A DNA stretch of 64,000 bases from a virus. Its lineage: Duplodnaviria; Caudoviricetes. Location of the stretch: positions 46,264-110,263 of IMG/VR virus record IMGVR_UViG_3300011977_000007, one strand, 5' to 3'. The notes under the pieces were generated by a model. That model was given only the letters and a program-made list of their open reading frames with translations, was not told the DNA's origin and searched no databases. The position numbers and the translations under genes are program-made. Shown here piece after piece: positions 18,846-30,600 of the stretch (the stretch's first letter is position 1; the number at the start of each line of letters is the position of its first letter).

Positions 18846-21800
18846 ATGTATGTAATTAAACGTAATGGAAAGCAAGCAGTTTTTGATAAAACAAAAATTG
18901 TAGTGGCAGTCTCAAAAGCCAATAAAGAAGTATTAGAAAATAAATTATCTGATGATCAGATTAATAATATTGCAGATACTATAGAATCAAGAGCAAAACA
19001 ATTTTCTAGAGCCTTAAATATAGAAGAAATTCAAGACATGGTAGAAAATCTAATCATGTATTATAATAAGTATGAGGTTGCCAAAGCATACGTATTATAT
19101 AGATATAAGCAGAAAGAAAATAGAGATAATGGCAATTTATTTAATAAAGTAAATGCAATTGTAAATAATGAGGATGAGGAAACTAAACAGGAAAACTCAA
19201 ATAAAGATTCGGATATTATATCTGTGCAAAGAGATTATATTGCCGGTGAAGTATCAAAGGCAATGGTTAGACAAGAGAAATATCCTAAATACATTATGGA
19301 TGCTCATGATGCTGGATTAATTCATGTTCATGATTGTGATTATAAAATTTGTAAAGAAACTAATTGCTGCTTGGATAATGTTGATGATATGCTTCAAAAT
19401 AGTACGGTTATTAGTAAAACAAAAATTGATACTCCACATACATTCCCTACAGCGTGCAATATTGCAACCCAAGCAATGGCACAAGTTGCATCTTCGCAAT
19501 ATGGCGGCCAATCTGTATCTCTTTACCATTTAGTAAAATTTGTTGAGGTTAGTCGTCGTGCTATTATTAAAGCTGTTGAAGAAGATCATGTACCAGATGA
19601 GTATAAACAAGAAGCTATAAATAGAAGACTAAGAAAAGAAATTAGTAGTGGCATACAGACTATTCAATATCAGATTATTACGCTTGCAACTACTAATGGT
19701 CAAGCTCCATTTGTTACTTTATTTATGTATCTTAATGAAGCAGAAACAGAGCAAGAAAAAGAAGACCTTGCAATGGTAATTGAAGAGGTATTAAAGCAAA
19801 GAATCAAGGGTGTTAAGAATAAAAAAGGCGTTTGGGTAACTCCTGCTTTTCCTAAACTTATATATGTATTAGAGGATGATAATATAACAAAAGATTCTAA
19901 ATATTTTTATCTTACAGAATTAGCAGCAAAATGTACTGCAAAGAGAATGGTTCCAGATTATATTTCTGAGAAGAAATTAATAGAATTAAAGTATCCTACA
20001 GAAAAACTCTTACATATTAAGGATCGTAGAGATCAGTGGGGTGATGAGCGTATTTGGGGGAGAAACGTATTTAAAAATGTCACTGATGAGGAATGCAATA
20101 AGCTTCAAAATATAGTTGATAATAGATTTAATAAGGAATATATTATTCCGGATGAAACTAAAGCTATTATCAAGAAATATGGATTAAAAATGGCTGATAT
20201 TGTGCCTAAAGCATACCCATGCATAAACAAAACCTGTGCCTAATATTAGTGATAATATTAGCAAACCTGTCTAAAAGGAGAAAGTCTTAATATACTGACC
20301 TGATATTAAGATAACTTACCTTACTAAATTTATATACCTATATTATTAGCGCATATATGAAATAATGAAAGGATAAATAATATGTGGGCTGATCTTATAG
20401 GATAAGAAAATATATAGATATATAATAAAAGTCTAACGACTATCGAAAACGCTGGTATTCGAGAAATACGATATCGGGAAGTGAGTAGAGTAGAGCCATA
20501 TATTATGATAGAACCATTTATATGGTAGGGTGATGGGTAGAGTAAACCCCTTTAAATCGAAAAGATAGGATGTCTTATTTTGGTAAAAGAAATAAGCATG
20601 TGATATAGTCTAGTTCAGCGATATAATACTCATTTAACGTTCTATGTTTAAGTATTATAGCGGCTGGGGGTGTAGGTCCTTCTTAACTCCTGATTACATC
20701 CATTATAAAACTTATGGAAGGTTTAATCAGTCAGTATGTACTATTAATTTAGTTGATGTAGCATTATCATCACAAAAAAATATTGATGAATTTTGGAAGA
20801 TATTTGATGAACGATTAGATTTATGCTATGAAGCATTAATGATTGATCATAATTATCTTATGAAAACACCATCTGATATAGCGCCAATGCAATGGCAAGA
20901 TGGAAATTTAGCTAGATTGGAAAAGGGGGAAACTATTGATAAATTATTAGTAAATAATTACAGTACAATTTCCTTAGGATATGCTGGATTATCTGAATGT
21001 GTTAGATATATGACAGGTAAATCCCATACAAATTCAGAAGCTAAGCCATTTGCATTATCCATAATGAGGCATTTAAATGATAAATGCGATGAATGGAGGG
21101 AAAAAACAAATGTATCATTTAGTCTTTATGGTACGCCTATAGAATCGACAACATATACATTTGCTAAAAATCTTCAAAAGAGATTTGGTATCATTAAAGA
21201 TATAACTGATCGTAATTATATTACTAATAGCTATCATATTCCTGTATTTGAAAAGATTGATGCTTTCAGTAAATTAAAATTTGAATCTGAGTTTCAGGAA
21301 TTATCTCCAGGTGGTTAAATGAACTTTTACATAGCCTTAAATAGCCACCTTGAAATTATGTGAACGCTTGATATGCGGTGTAAATAGTTTTATATTATTT
21401 GCTAACGGGGGACACTTAAGTGGAAATCCCGTGCCAAGCCTATAATATTTTATTATAGGAAGGTGTACAGACTAATTTACCCTGGATTTGATCACCAGTG
21501 GGAAGTGCATAGGGTGAGAAGCAGAGGTTACCTGCTACGCTAAGATATAGTCGGAAGGAGATAAAATTATGTATAAATGTGATATTTGTGGAAGAGAGCT
21601 AAAAAAGAAAAATATGCTACATGGATATAATTTATGCAGTAAACATATGCATCAATTATTAAATCATGGAAAATTTTTAGATAACAATCCAAGAACACAA
21701 AATGACTTAAATGGATATAAAATTATTGGTAAAATTGTAATTTTTGATTTATATGATGGAATATTATCAAATAAAATTAGTGAGTTTATTATTGATTTTG

Positions 21801-22635
21801 ATGATATAGAAATTGTAAAATATCATAAATGGAGACTTTCTCATAATCATGTAGTTACTGGATCTGGAGCATTAGGCACACAACGAGAATTAAGTTGGGT
21901 TATTATGCATCTTGATAATAGAGATGAGAAAAATAAAAATATTGTAATCGACTATGTAGATGGAAATCCGTTAAATAATAGAAAATCAAATCTTAGAATA
22001 TGCACTCAAGCTCAAAATGTAATAAATAAGAAATTTATGAGTACTAATACTAATGGATTTATAGGGGTTAGTTATAAGAAAGATAGAAATTGTTATGATC
22101 CAGAGATAAGATTAGGATATGTAAGATGCCATTTAGGTCAGGTAAAATCTATGGAAGAAGCTGTATATAAAAGAATGATAGCTGAAGAGTTAGTTTTTGG
22201 AGAATTTTGCAATGAAGCAGAACATAATAAAAAATTAGAATTTACTAAAAATATTCCATATGAAAGAAAAAAAGAGCTCGAAGAAATCACAAAACAAAAA
22301 TTGATAGCTAAAGGCCTTTGGCAATAAGCTATGTAGAAGTTCCAAATATGCAAAATAATATAGAAGCTGTAATATCAGTTATTCAATTTATATATGATAA
22401 TATTATATATGCTGAACTTAACACTAAGTCTGATTACTGTGAAGTATGTGGATATGATGGTGAGATTAAAATTGTTGAAGATGATAATGGTAAACTTGTA
22501 TGGGAATGCCCTAAGTGCCATAATAGAGATCAGCATAAAATGTGCATTGCGCGAAGAACATGCGGTTATATAGGTACACATTATTGGAATCAAGGTAGAA
22601 CTCAGGAAATAAAAGATAGAGTTCTTCATTTATAA
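18846..22635 (+). CDS. nrdD: anaerobic (class III) ribonucleoside-triphosphate reductase; spliced join(18846..20224,20667..21315,22321..22635), 780 aa
   Basis: ATP cone (VIKRNG), IHVHD, QYGGQS, restored PCMGCRSFL and SPGGAISYVE, C-terminal CxxC...CxxC and RRTCGY glycyl-radical motif. Confidence 0.93.
20225..20666 (+). ncRNA. group I intron (ORF-less), nrdD intron 1
   Basis: P1 GCAU/GUGC; CTAACGACTA and GATATAGTC (P7); terminal G; splicing restores AT|G GGG TGT (MGC). Confidence 0.88.
21316..22320 (+). mobile_element. group I intron with HNH homing endonuclease ORF, nrdD intron 2
   Basis: P1 GGUGGU/GCCACC; AATCCCGTGCCAAG, CAGACTA, AAGATATAGTC; terminal G 22320; splicing restores SPGG|AISY. 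Confidence 0.88.
21569..22327 (+). CDS. intron-encoded HNH-AP2 homing endonuclease (catalytic His appears replaced by Tyr)
   Basis: N-terminal CxxC...CxxH; IDYVDGNPLNNRKSNLR HNH motif; C-terminal GFIGVS...HLG...EEA...FGEF AP2-like domain. Confidence 0.8.
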   Translation: MYKCDICGRELKKKNMLHGYNLCSKHMHQLLNHGKFLDNNPRTQNDLNGYKIIGKIVIFDLYDGILSNKISEFIIDFDDIEIVKYHKWRLSHNHVVTGSGALGTQRELSWVIMHLDNRDEKNKNIVIDYVDGNPLNNRKSNLRICTQAQNVINKKFMSTNTNGFIGVSYKKDRNCYDPEIRLGYVRCHLGQVKSMEEAVYKRMIAEELVFGEFCNEAEHNKKLEFTKNIPYERKKELEEITKQKLIAKGLWQ

Positions 22636-22656
22636 AAATCTAATGGAGTGATTAAT

Positions 22657-23199
22657 ATGAATTATGCTACAATAAAATATTGTGATATTGCAAATGGGGA
22701 GGGAGTTAGAACCTCCCTATTTGTATCTGGTTGTCCACACCATTGTACTGGTTGCTTTAATGAAATAGCTTGGGACTATAATTATGGCGATACATATGAT
22801 GATGAAATTCAGGATAAAATACTAGATTCTTTAAATTATCCTTATATTACTGGATTATCCATATTAGGTGGTGAACCCTTATGCTTTAATAATATTTATA
22901 GAGTTAGTAAATTAATTAAAGAATGTAGAAAAAGATATGGTGATTCGAAAGATATATGGATTTACAGTGGATATACTTTAGAAGAATTAAAGGATCAATA
23001 TGAAAAAGGGCAGAGTATATTTTTTAGAATATGCTATAATATTATTATTAATAATATAGATGTTTTAGTGGATGGAAGATTTGTTGAAGATTTGAAAGAT
23101 ATATCTCTTAAATTCAGAGGATCATCTAACCAAAGAATTATTAATATGAAAGAAACAATAAAGAGCAATAATATTAAATTATATTACACGGAGGATTAA
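22657..23199 (+). CDS. nrdG: anaerobic RNR activating protein (radical SAM)
   Basis: NGEGVRTSLFVSGCPHHCTGCFN, LGGEP, DVLVDGRF, FRGSSNQR. Confidence 0.93.
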   Translation: MNYATIKYCDIANGEGVRTSLFVSGCPHHCTGCFNEIAWDYNYGDTYDDEIQDKILDSLNYPYITGLSILGGEPLCFNNIYRVSKLIKECRKRYGDSKDIWIYSGYTLEELKDQYEKGQSIFFRICYNIIINNIDVLVDGRFVEDLKDISLKFRGSSNQRIINMKETIKSNNIKLYYTED

Positions 23200-23220
23200 G
23201 ATATGGAGGAGGATTGAAAT

Positions 23221-23535
23221 ATGAAATATCCAGTTATTACATTATGTGGCAGCACTAGATTTAAAGATGAATTTATGCAGGCTCAGAAAGAACTTACTTT
23301 AAAAGGAAATATTGTAATTTCTGTTGGATTATTTGGGCATTCTGGCGATAATGAAGTATTTACTAATAAAGAAACTAAAATTATGCTCGATGATATGCAT
23401 AAAAGAAAAATAGATATGGCTGATAGTATATTTATTATTAATAAAAATGGATATATTGGCGATAGCACCAAATCAGAAATAGAATATGCAATTAAGCATA
23501 ATAAGAAAGTTTTATATTTAGAGCCTGTAGATTAA
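23221..23535 (+). CDS. DUF4406/nucleoside 2-deoxyribosyltransferase-like protein
   Basis: ITLCGSTRF, HKRKIDMAD, GYIGDST.SEIEYA. Confidence 0.65.
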   Translation: MKYPVITLCGSTRFKDEFMQAQKELTLKGNIVISVGLFGHSGDNEVFTNKETKIMLDDMHKRKIDMADSIFIINKNGYIGDSTKSEIEYAIKHNKKVLYLEPVD

Positions 23536-23595
23536 ATATGTGCTGAGAGGGTGATACCTCTCAGCATACTTTTATGAATTTCTAAATATTGAAAT

Positions 23596-23613
23596 TTATA
23601 ATTGTATATTATA
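23596..23613 (+). promoter_or_regulatory. putative early promoter
   Basis: TTATAATTGTATATTATA variant upstream of the RBS of the 23636 gene. Confidence 0.55.
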
Positions 23614-23635
23614 ATTGTGGAGGTGAAAGATAAAT

Positions 23636-23956
23636 ATGAAGACTGTTAAATCGGCAATAAAAAATACAGATACATTTACCGGTGAGACTAAACTAAAAGA
23701 TTCAATTGAATATGATAAGAATGGCAATATCGTACGTAATTTATGTGATGGGATAGAGACAAAAAATACATACGATAAATATGGAAACCTTATCAGAATG
23801 GAGCAGTCTAATGGATACTGGGCCATATTTAAATACTATAAAAATGGCTATTTGGAATTTTATAATAATTCCGATGGATATGCGGAAGCATATTTACCTG
23901 ACGGGAAACGTGCATGGATCAATAAGAAAGGAAGGAATACTGATGAAAAAAATTGA
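23636..23956 (+). CDS. small YD-repeat-like protein
   Basis: YDKNGN / YDKYGN / YYKNG repeats. Confidence 0.55.
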   Translation: MKTVKSAIKNTDTFTGETKLKDSIEYDKNGNIVRNLCDGIETKNTYDKYGNLIRMEQSNGYWAIFKYYKNGYLEFYNNSDGYAEAYLPDGKRAWINKKGRNTDEKN

Positions 23957-25022
23957 GAATTATACAACAGAAATGGTACTGGAAGCTGTGAAGAAATATA
24001 TTGAGGATAATAATATCACTGATGATGATATGAAACAAACTTTATATCTCATCGGGCTGGATAAGTTCTTAGAAGCTAGGAATAATGGATATAAGTATTC
24101 ATTTTCCTACTATGTTGCTCATAATAAGGGAGTAGAGAAAATCATAAAAGAGTATGTTAATGAAGAAGAAATTGATATGCTTGATCTCGATAATGTGTAC
24201 TATATACAGAGAATCCCAATGAGCAATGCAAGCGATATTATCTTGCAGTGTATTCACGATTGCCTTAACGCTAGAGAGATTAATGTCTTATATAAAAGGT
24301 TTGTAGAGTTAAAAACCTTGGAAACAACCGGCAAAGAGTTTGGTGTAACAAGAGACCGTATACGTCAAATAGAAGCTAGAGCTTTAAGAAAAATAAGATT
24401 TAATTCATTTTATAGAGCTCAGCTTGCCGATATGCTCAATAGCAACTGCATTAATTACCCAGATTTTATAAACAAATTTGGGGCTATGATTAATGGAACA
24501 TATCAACCTGATTATAAGAAGCCATCGCCACAGCAAGATAACAATATGTCAAAGCCAAGAGAAAAAATGGTATTCTATACAGGCCAGGAAATCAAAGCGA
24601 TGAAAGAAGCTGCGGCAAGAAAGAAAGCTGAACAGGAAAGATTGAAGATTATAGATGAAATAATAGCTCCAATTGATATTAATGATGCTTATTACTTTTA
24701 TTATAATTCAAAGCTTACTGGTCTTGACATGATTACTGAGGCTATCGAGAGATTTAATGTTACTAATTGTATTGCAGGATATGTTCCTACAATAGAATAT
24801 TTAGGAACAACTACTAAAGGTGAGAAGACATTCACGCTTAAGTGCAAGGGTAAGCATTATAAAATTTATTTACGTGAAGAAGTTGATACATTTGTCCTTG
24901 AAGGTGATAGAAATCTTGTATACGATTATAAACGTGTATATGGATTGAAACACAATGTTAATGTGATAGCGAATTATATCGCTGATCATTATGATGAGTT
25001 TGGAGGTAACGAAAATGAATAA
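23943..25022 (+). CDS. protein with a sigma-70 region 4 HTH domain
   Basis: [13 protein letters not shown]...[26 protein letters not shown] closely matches sigma70 region 4.2; GAAGGA RBS before ATG 23943. Confidence 0.75.
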   Translation: MKKIENYTTEMVLEAVKKYIEDNNITDDDMKQTLYLIGLDKFLEARNNGYKYSFSYYVAHNKGVEKIIKEYVNEEEIDMLDLDNVYYIQRIPMSNASDIILQCIHDCLNAREINVLYKRFVELKTLETTGKEFGVTRDRIRQIEARALRKIRFNSFYRAQLADMLNSNCINYPDFINKFGAMINGTYQPDYKKPSPQQDNNMSKPREKMVFYTGQEIKAMKEAAARKKAEQERLKIIDEIIAPIDINDAYYFYYNSKLTGLDMITEAIERFNVTNCIAGYVPTIEYLGTTTKGEKTFTLKCKGKHYKIYLREEVDTFVLEGDRNLVYDYKRVYGLKHNVNVIANYIADHYDEFGGNENE

Positions 25023-25650
25023 AGTATGTGTATTAACACCGATTGATGGCGGCGAAGATTTATACAATAAAATAAAGGATGCTTGCAACAAATTAATAAA
25101 TGCTGGTAAAGACGTAGAATGGAACTCATATATCGTGATGCATTTGGCGGTTCCAGAATTGTTACCGTTTACGTTTCAGCAAAAGCTGTATATTGAGTTA
25201 TTATCCGGTATAGATATTGTATACTTAATGGCTGGATGGGAGGATGTACCAACTAATAAGCTGATATATAAAGCTGCAAAACAACTTGGTATCGAGATAG
25301 TAAGTTTGCAGGAAAAGTGTAGCAATATCAATGCACAGGATACTATTTTTATTAGTGGTCCTATTAGCAATGTACCTAATTATCGTGAGAATTTTAAAAG
25401 AGCACAAAAGTATCTTAAATCCCTTGGATACAAAAACATAATCAATCCAGCAAAAATAGTAAAATTGATACCGGACTCTATTAGTTATGATAATGCTCTT
25501 GATATTGATTTGCATTTTCTCTCATTATGTAATAAAATATATGTACTTAATAATTGGGAGAAATCTACCGGCTCTAGCACGGAGGTTAGATATGCTGAAA
25601 AGCATGGTATTGAAATAATCTTTGAAGATTATAAACCAATTGAGGTTTAA
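25015..25650 (+). CDS. DUF4406-like protein (tandem domains)
   Basis: [21 protein letters not shown]...E..YA; degenerate N-terminal copy. Confidence 0.7.
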   Translation: MNKVCVLTPIDGGEDLYNKIKDACNKLINAGKDVEWNSYIVMHLAVPELLPFTFQQKLYIELLSGIDIVYLMAGWEDVPTNKLIYKAAKQLGIEIVSLQEKCSNINAQDTIFISGPISNVPNYRENFKRAQKYLKSLGYKNIINPAKIVKLIPDSISYDNALDIDLHFLSLCNKIYVLNNWEKSTGSSTEVRYAEKHGIEIIFEDYKPIEV

Positions 25651-25740
25651 TAAAGTGGAGGGGTAATTCCCTCCACTTTTATTTTTTACTTAATATTATT
25701 TATAATTATGAAATAAACATATTTAAAGGATGAAATTAAT

Positions 25741-26156
25741 ATGAGCAGCATTATTGTACGGAACGGTGAATTGGGAATGATTGTAGAGGATCATGTAGAT
25801 TCAAAAAAGAAAAGATTTTTACCATGTGGTCATGGTGCATATAACATGTCAAATTTGGAAGAAAATGATGATATTAAATGAGCAACGCCGGATGAAAAAA
25901 TGGATTTTATTAAACGAGAATATCATAATAAAGATAGAATTATAAATACGTATGAAGTTGGTGATTATCAAATCATCGAATATACTACATGTAATCCTCA
26001 TGGGAAGTTAGTATATCGCCCATATATTGATTATAGTGATATTCATAGAATATATAACTCATTAGATGCAGCCTTGCTTGGGGTTATGGCATATAAATAT
26101 GAAGGTTGCAATTAGCAGATGAATATATATGCAAATTACTTGGTATTAAATGGTAA
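25741..26156 (+). pseudogene. disrupted hypothetical gene
   Basis: ATG 25741 is in frame with the 25900 ORF but has TGA at 25879; possible further frameshift near 26113. Confidence 0.45.
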
Positions 26157-26190
26157 AAAATATAGGTAGGGATTTACTCCCTACCTAAAA

Positions 26191-26631
26191 TTAATTTTTT
26201 GGTCGTTCTTCACTATTTACATTAAATTCCAATACGTAATTCATAACCGCCATATATACACGTTTACCAATTAGGTCGCCAATATGGTCTGAATTACATA
26301 TAAATTCAAGTTTCTTCATTAAGAGTACTGGTAAACGTTCAGTAATTTCATTTACTATATATTCACGCATCTCAGCTTCTATATTATTAGTGATATAGTA
26401 TATGTTTTTAGGCTTTAACTCAAATATAACATATTCTTCAATTACATCTTTAATTAGCATATCTAAATTTTCAATAATAGTATTATCAATTTGCGTATCT
26501 TTAATTAACTTATCTGACTCTATTTTATTTTTTTGGTATGCAATATCTAATGCCCTAGATATACTTCTCCATGCTAATAAAATAACCAAATAAATTGCAA
26601 TGATAATAGAAATAATAATAAATTTGTCCAT
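26191..26631 (-). CDS. hypothetical protein with N-terminal transmembrane helix
   Basis: FIIISIIIAIYLVILLAW; GGAGG RBS. Confidence 0.65.
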   Translation of the reverse strand: MDKFIIISIIIAIYLVILLAWRSISRALDIAYQKNKIESDKLIKDTQIDNTIIENLDMLIKDVIEEYVIFELKPKNIYYITNNIEAEMREYIVNEITERLPVLLMKKLEFICNSDHIGDLIGKRVYMAVMNYVLEFNVNSEERPKN

Positions 26632-26676
26632 AATAGTCCCTCCATAATATAATATATTAATATTATGTGTAGCTAA

Positions 26677-27306
26677 TTAATAATTATTATTATACATTTG
26701 CCATGATAATATTTGATCTCTAGCTTTAACTTCACTAGGACTAAATGATCCATTATATTGTTCTTCTTGCTTTAATTGTAATAATAATTTAAAACTAATA
26801 TCGAGAGTCATACCATCTATGTATTTACTTATAAAATCAAATGGGAATCCAAAGCATTGTCTGATACTTATAAACTCTGATGGATCAGAATGATATTTTT
26901 GATGCTCAGTTTCATCTAAGATAATAATACATACTTGGTTATTTCTATGAGCCTCTTCTAGTTCTTGTAATACTTCAAATGTAGTAACGCATCCTTTATA
27001 ATTTAGTATATGCTCGGTTATCATAATTGTCATATATTCAAGACTAATCATATTATGATGCGCCTCTAGATTAACCATTTCGCTTGTAATTGAAGCATGT
27101 CTTTGATCTCTGTATAATCCTAAATCATAAAGATGCTGCTTATAATCCCTCCAAAATTGAGATCTTCTAAATTTATTATCAATATTATATATAAATCTTT
27201 TATATATCTCGGTATCCATTAATGTATCTCTGGTTTGTGCAAAGCATATGCCAAATTCATTACTTGGATCATAAATAATTGGATTATTATTCATTGTGAT
27301 ATCCAT
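26677..27306 (-). CDS. conserved hypothetical protein, paralog of 61169..61915
   Basis: Shared R.S..(W/Y)R, E.HH...L and H..(Y/V)H pattern; late promoter at 27330-27341. Confidence 0.6.
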   Translation of the reverse strand: MDITMNNNPIIYDPSNEFGICFAQTRDTLMDTEIYKRFIYNIDNKFRRSQFWRDYKQHLYDLGLYRDQRHASITSEMVNLEAHHNMISLEYMTIMITEHILNYKGCVTTFEVLQELEEAHRNNQVCIIILDETEHQKYHSDPSEFISIRQCFGFPFDFISKYIDGMTLDISFKLLLQLKQEEQYNGSFSPSEVKARDQILSWQMYNNNY

Positions 27307-27391
27307 ATTAATACCTCCATTAACATTATTAATGTAATGTTTTAGACTAAAGAGAGAATGATTATTTGGAAATTATAAGGGGGAATTTTTA

Positions 27392-27559
27392 ATGGTTACA
27401 GCATTAGAAAAGGATAAGGATGGTAATGTGATATACGAAGCACATGATGACGGATTCTATGAAATAAGTACATATGAGCAAGGACAATTAGTAAGACAAG
27501 AAACACATTATTCAAATGGTATAGTTGATGTAGATCATTATAACATAAGTAGAGGTTAA
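27392..27559 (+). CDS. small hypothetical protein (55 aa)
   Basis: AAGGGGG RBS, MVTALEKDKDGNVIYE...; below the ORF-track length cutoff. Confidence 0.45.
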   Translation: MVTALEKDKDGNVIYEAHDDGFYEISTYEQGQLVRQETHYSNGIVDVDHYNISRG

Positions 27560-27613
27560 TTCCTCTACTTATTTTTTTTGCTTTTGCACATAGTATTAAT
27601 TTAAAGAAGGAGG

Positions 27614-30600
27614 TTGGGTAAATTGATAAATGTAGAAAAAACCATAACCGATAATCCGTTTGTTGACAATCTAATTTATTATTCAAAATACCTTGCATTG
27701 AATTGCATCATTAAAGATGAAGATGATGCATTATCTCATGAAACTCCAGAATCATATAAAGCTGGTGAAACATATATAGCATGTATTGAAGGCAAAGCTA
27801 AATATGAAATGTTTGATGCAATTCCAGAAGAAATATTGGAAAAGTATATTACAAAATCGACAAATTTAGACGTTTTTGCTAATAATATGAGCGCATTTTC
27901 TGCGTACTTAAATTCATTAGGTCTGCATGAAAGAACAGTTAAGTTAAATAATATATCTAAAGTTGCGCAAACTGTATATATTGATCATTATGATATAATG
28001 ACTGATTATGTGAAGAACCTTCCAGAAACATGGTTAGATGATAATAAAGAATTATATGAAAAATGTAAAGATAGTCAAGCTAAATATTATGATTTATTTG
28101 ATGCTTTACCTACATATACCAGAAAAAGAATATTGATTCAATATTTAAATAATTATGAAGACACAAATATTGACGATATAAATTCTTCTTTAGATAAATT
28201 TCAAGAATATATTGATGCCCGTATTGATGACGTTATTAAAATTGAATTGGATAATATTAGTAAAGCAATGAATAATGTATTCTTAAGTCATTATGAAATA
28301 ATGCAAGAAAGAGGATACATTACTAAAGTAAGCCAAAATAATTGGTATGATTATATAACCTATGATTCAGTTAATAAATCCTGTGAAGCTGGATTAGCAA
28401 CTTATAAGGATTTATATAATCTTTTCCCAGAAGATGATTTAAGAGATTCATTATCTTTAATTATGGATGAATCTACAATAAATAATATTATAAATGCAGG
28501 ATTACAGGCATTAACAGAGTTCTTTGCAGTTAATGATACTAATAGAACATTGCAATCAATTCTTAATAAAGATATGATGGAGAAGTATTCTGCTAATTAT
28601 CATCAATATGCTAATACAGATATTTATAATAAATGTAAAAATAATACTATTGGATACTATGAATTATATAAATATCTTCCAACTGAAACTCAAAAAATGG
28701 TAATAAATACGGAAATTGAAGAATATACAAATACAAAAGTATATTCTGAAAATAAGCAGTTGTTAAATTCATACTTGAATGGATTACCTATAGATGAGGC
28801 TAATGAAATTAGAAAAAATATAACTAATGATATGATGACTTGGTACGTAGATAATTTTAACGAAACTAATAATTATTATAGAACCCTTATAGGATTATCG
28901 CCAATTATTGGTGGTGCCAGCTATGAATATGAAGACACATTATTACAAAGCCAGATAGATCCTATAAATTATCATAAATTTGGAAAGCAATTAATAAATA
29001 TGATTCCTGAGGGTATATATCCAGAATCCCATTGGTATGCACCAATTAGTTCATATGATAATTATGATATTGGTATACTGGAAGAATTTGGTGTATTAGA
29101 TGCATATGTTCAATTATGCAAATCAACTATGTATTCTGAAAGATATTCATATTTTAGATTTTTAGGAGATAATAAGATTAATTTATACAGAGCAAGAAAA
29201 GCTGGTAATTTTGAATTATTGGCATTACCGACTATTGATAATAATGATATGAAAGATAAATTTGTAGATGCATATGTTGTAAATAGAGATTATGTCATAA
29301 AAACTGTATACTCTGATGCATATAAATTTCAGTCAGATTATTATAATAAATTCATTATTATTTTTATCTTAGTAAATACTATAATGGATATATTATCTGG
29401 TATTTCAGATATGCTTATAAATAGAAAAGTATTTGATGCAAGATGTATTAAATATTTATTTGAATCTTATGGTATTCCATATTATTCAGAAATACCAATA
29501 AAATATCAGCAAGCAATGCTAAAAAATCTTAATATATTACTTAAATATAAATCTAGTACTAGAAATATGGTAGATATTTGTAGTTTATTTGGATTTTCAG
29601 ATATTAAAGTATTTGGATATTACATGCTTAAAGAGCATGTTGTTGATGGTTATTATGGCGAATATGTTTACAAAGAGCATAACGATATTAGTTATGATTT
29701 AGATGAATTATATGTAATAGATGATTCTAACGGTAAATATAAAGACGCTAACGGAGTAAGATATACTAAATTATTAGAGTATCGTAATTATAGAGAAGAT
29801 AAGTATCTTAAAGAAATATCTATTGTAAATGATGATGGTGAAATATCTAAAAAGAAAATTATTAATAATGCTGAAGATGTATATATAATGGATAAATGGA
29901 ATAATGCAGTAACAGTCGCTAAAAATAATAAGACTGGATTATATGAAGAAATTGGAAAAGCGGAAAATATTTATCATTTCATTCCATTATTAGAAACAGA
30001 TTATTTTTATAAGATAAAAGACTATGATCCTAACCATTGCTGCTATAACGATCACACTCAAGAGTATTTTAGTAAAATAGGAGCAAATACAAGTGAAGCA
30101 GCCCTTAAATTTGTTAAAGTTCCTGTAAATGAATCATTAACAGATTATAAGAGTGATCCTGAATATATTTCTACATATGATGAAATAACTCTTAATGATG
30201 AGGGTAATACTTGGGATGGTGGATTAGTTCATGAAGATTTAAAAGAGAAAATTGGTAATTATGAATTCAACGCTGTTCTTTCTAAATATGTATCTGTAGA
30301 AACAGTTACTGAAATGACAAATATGGCATTCCAAGTATCATATTTCTATAATATGATATTTGATAATTATTATAGTGAAGATAAACTTACTGTAGAAATT
30401 CCATATCTTAAAGTAGGCCATAAATTTAAATTTATGGATATTGTATGCTATTTATTCGCATTAATGTATTATTATAATGGAATAAAAGATAATATAATGT
30501 ATTCTCCAACTCAAATATTGTATGTAAAGGGCTATAACTTTAATGGTGATTTGAATAAAGTTATGGAAGATACATTAGCTTTTACTACAAAAGATGAAGA

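Noticed and set aside
19990-20224. Intein in NrdD
   Set aside because: No C/S start or HN-C/S/T end, and too short
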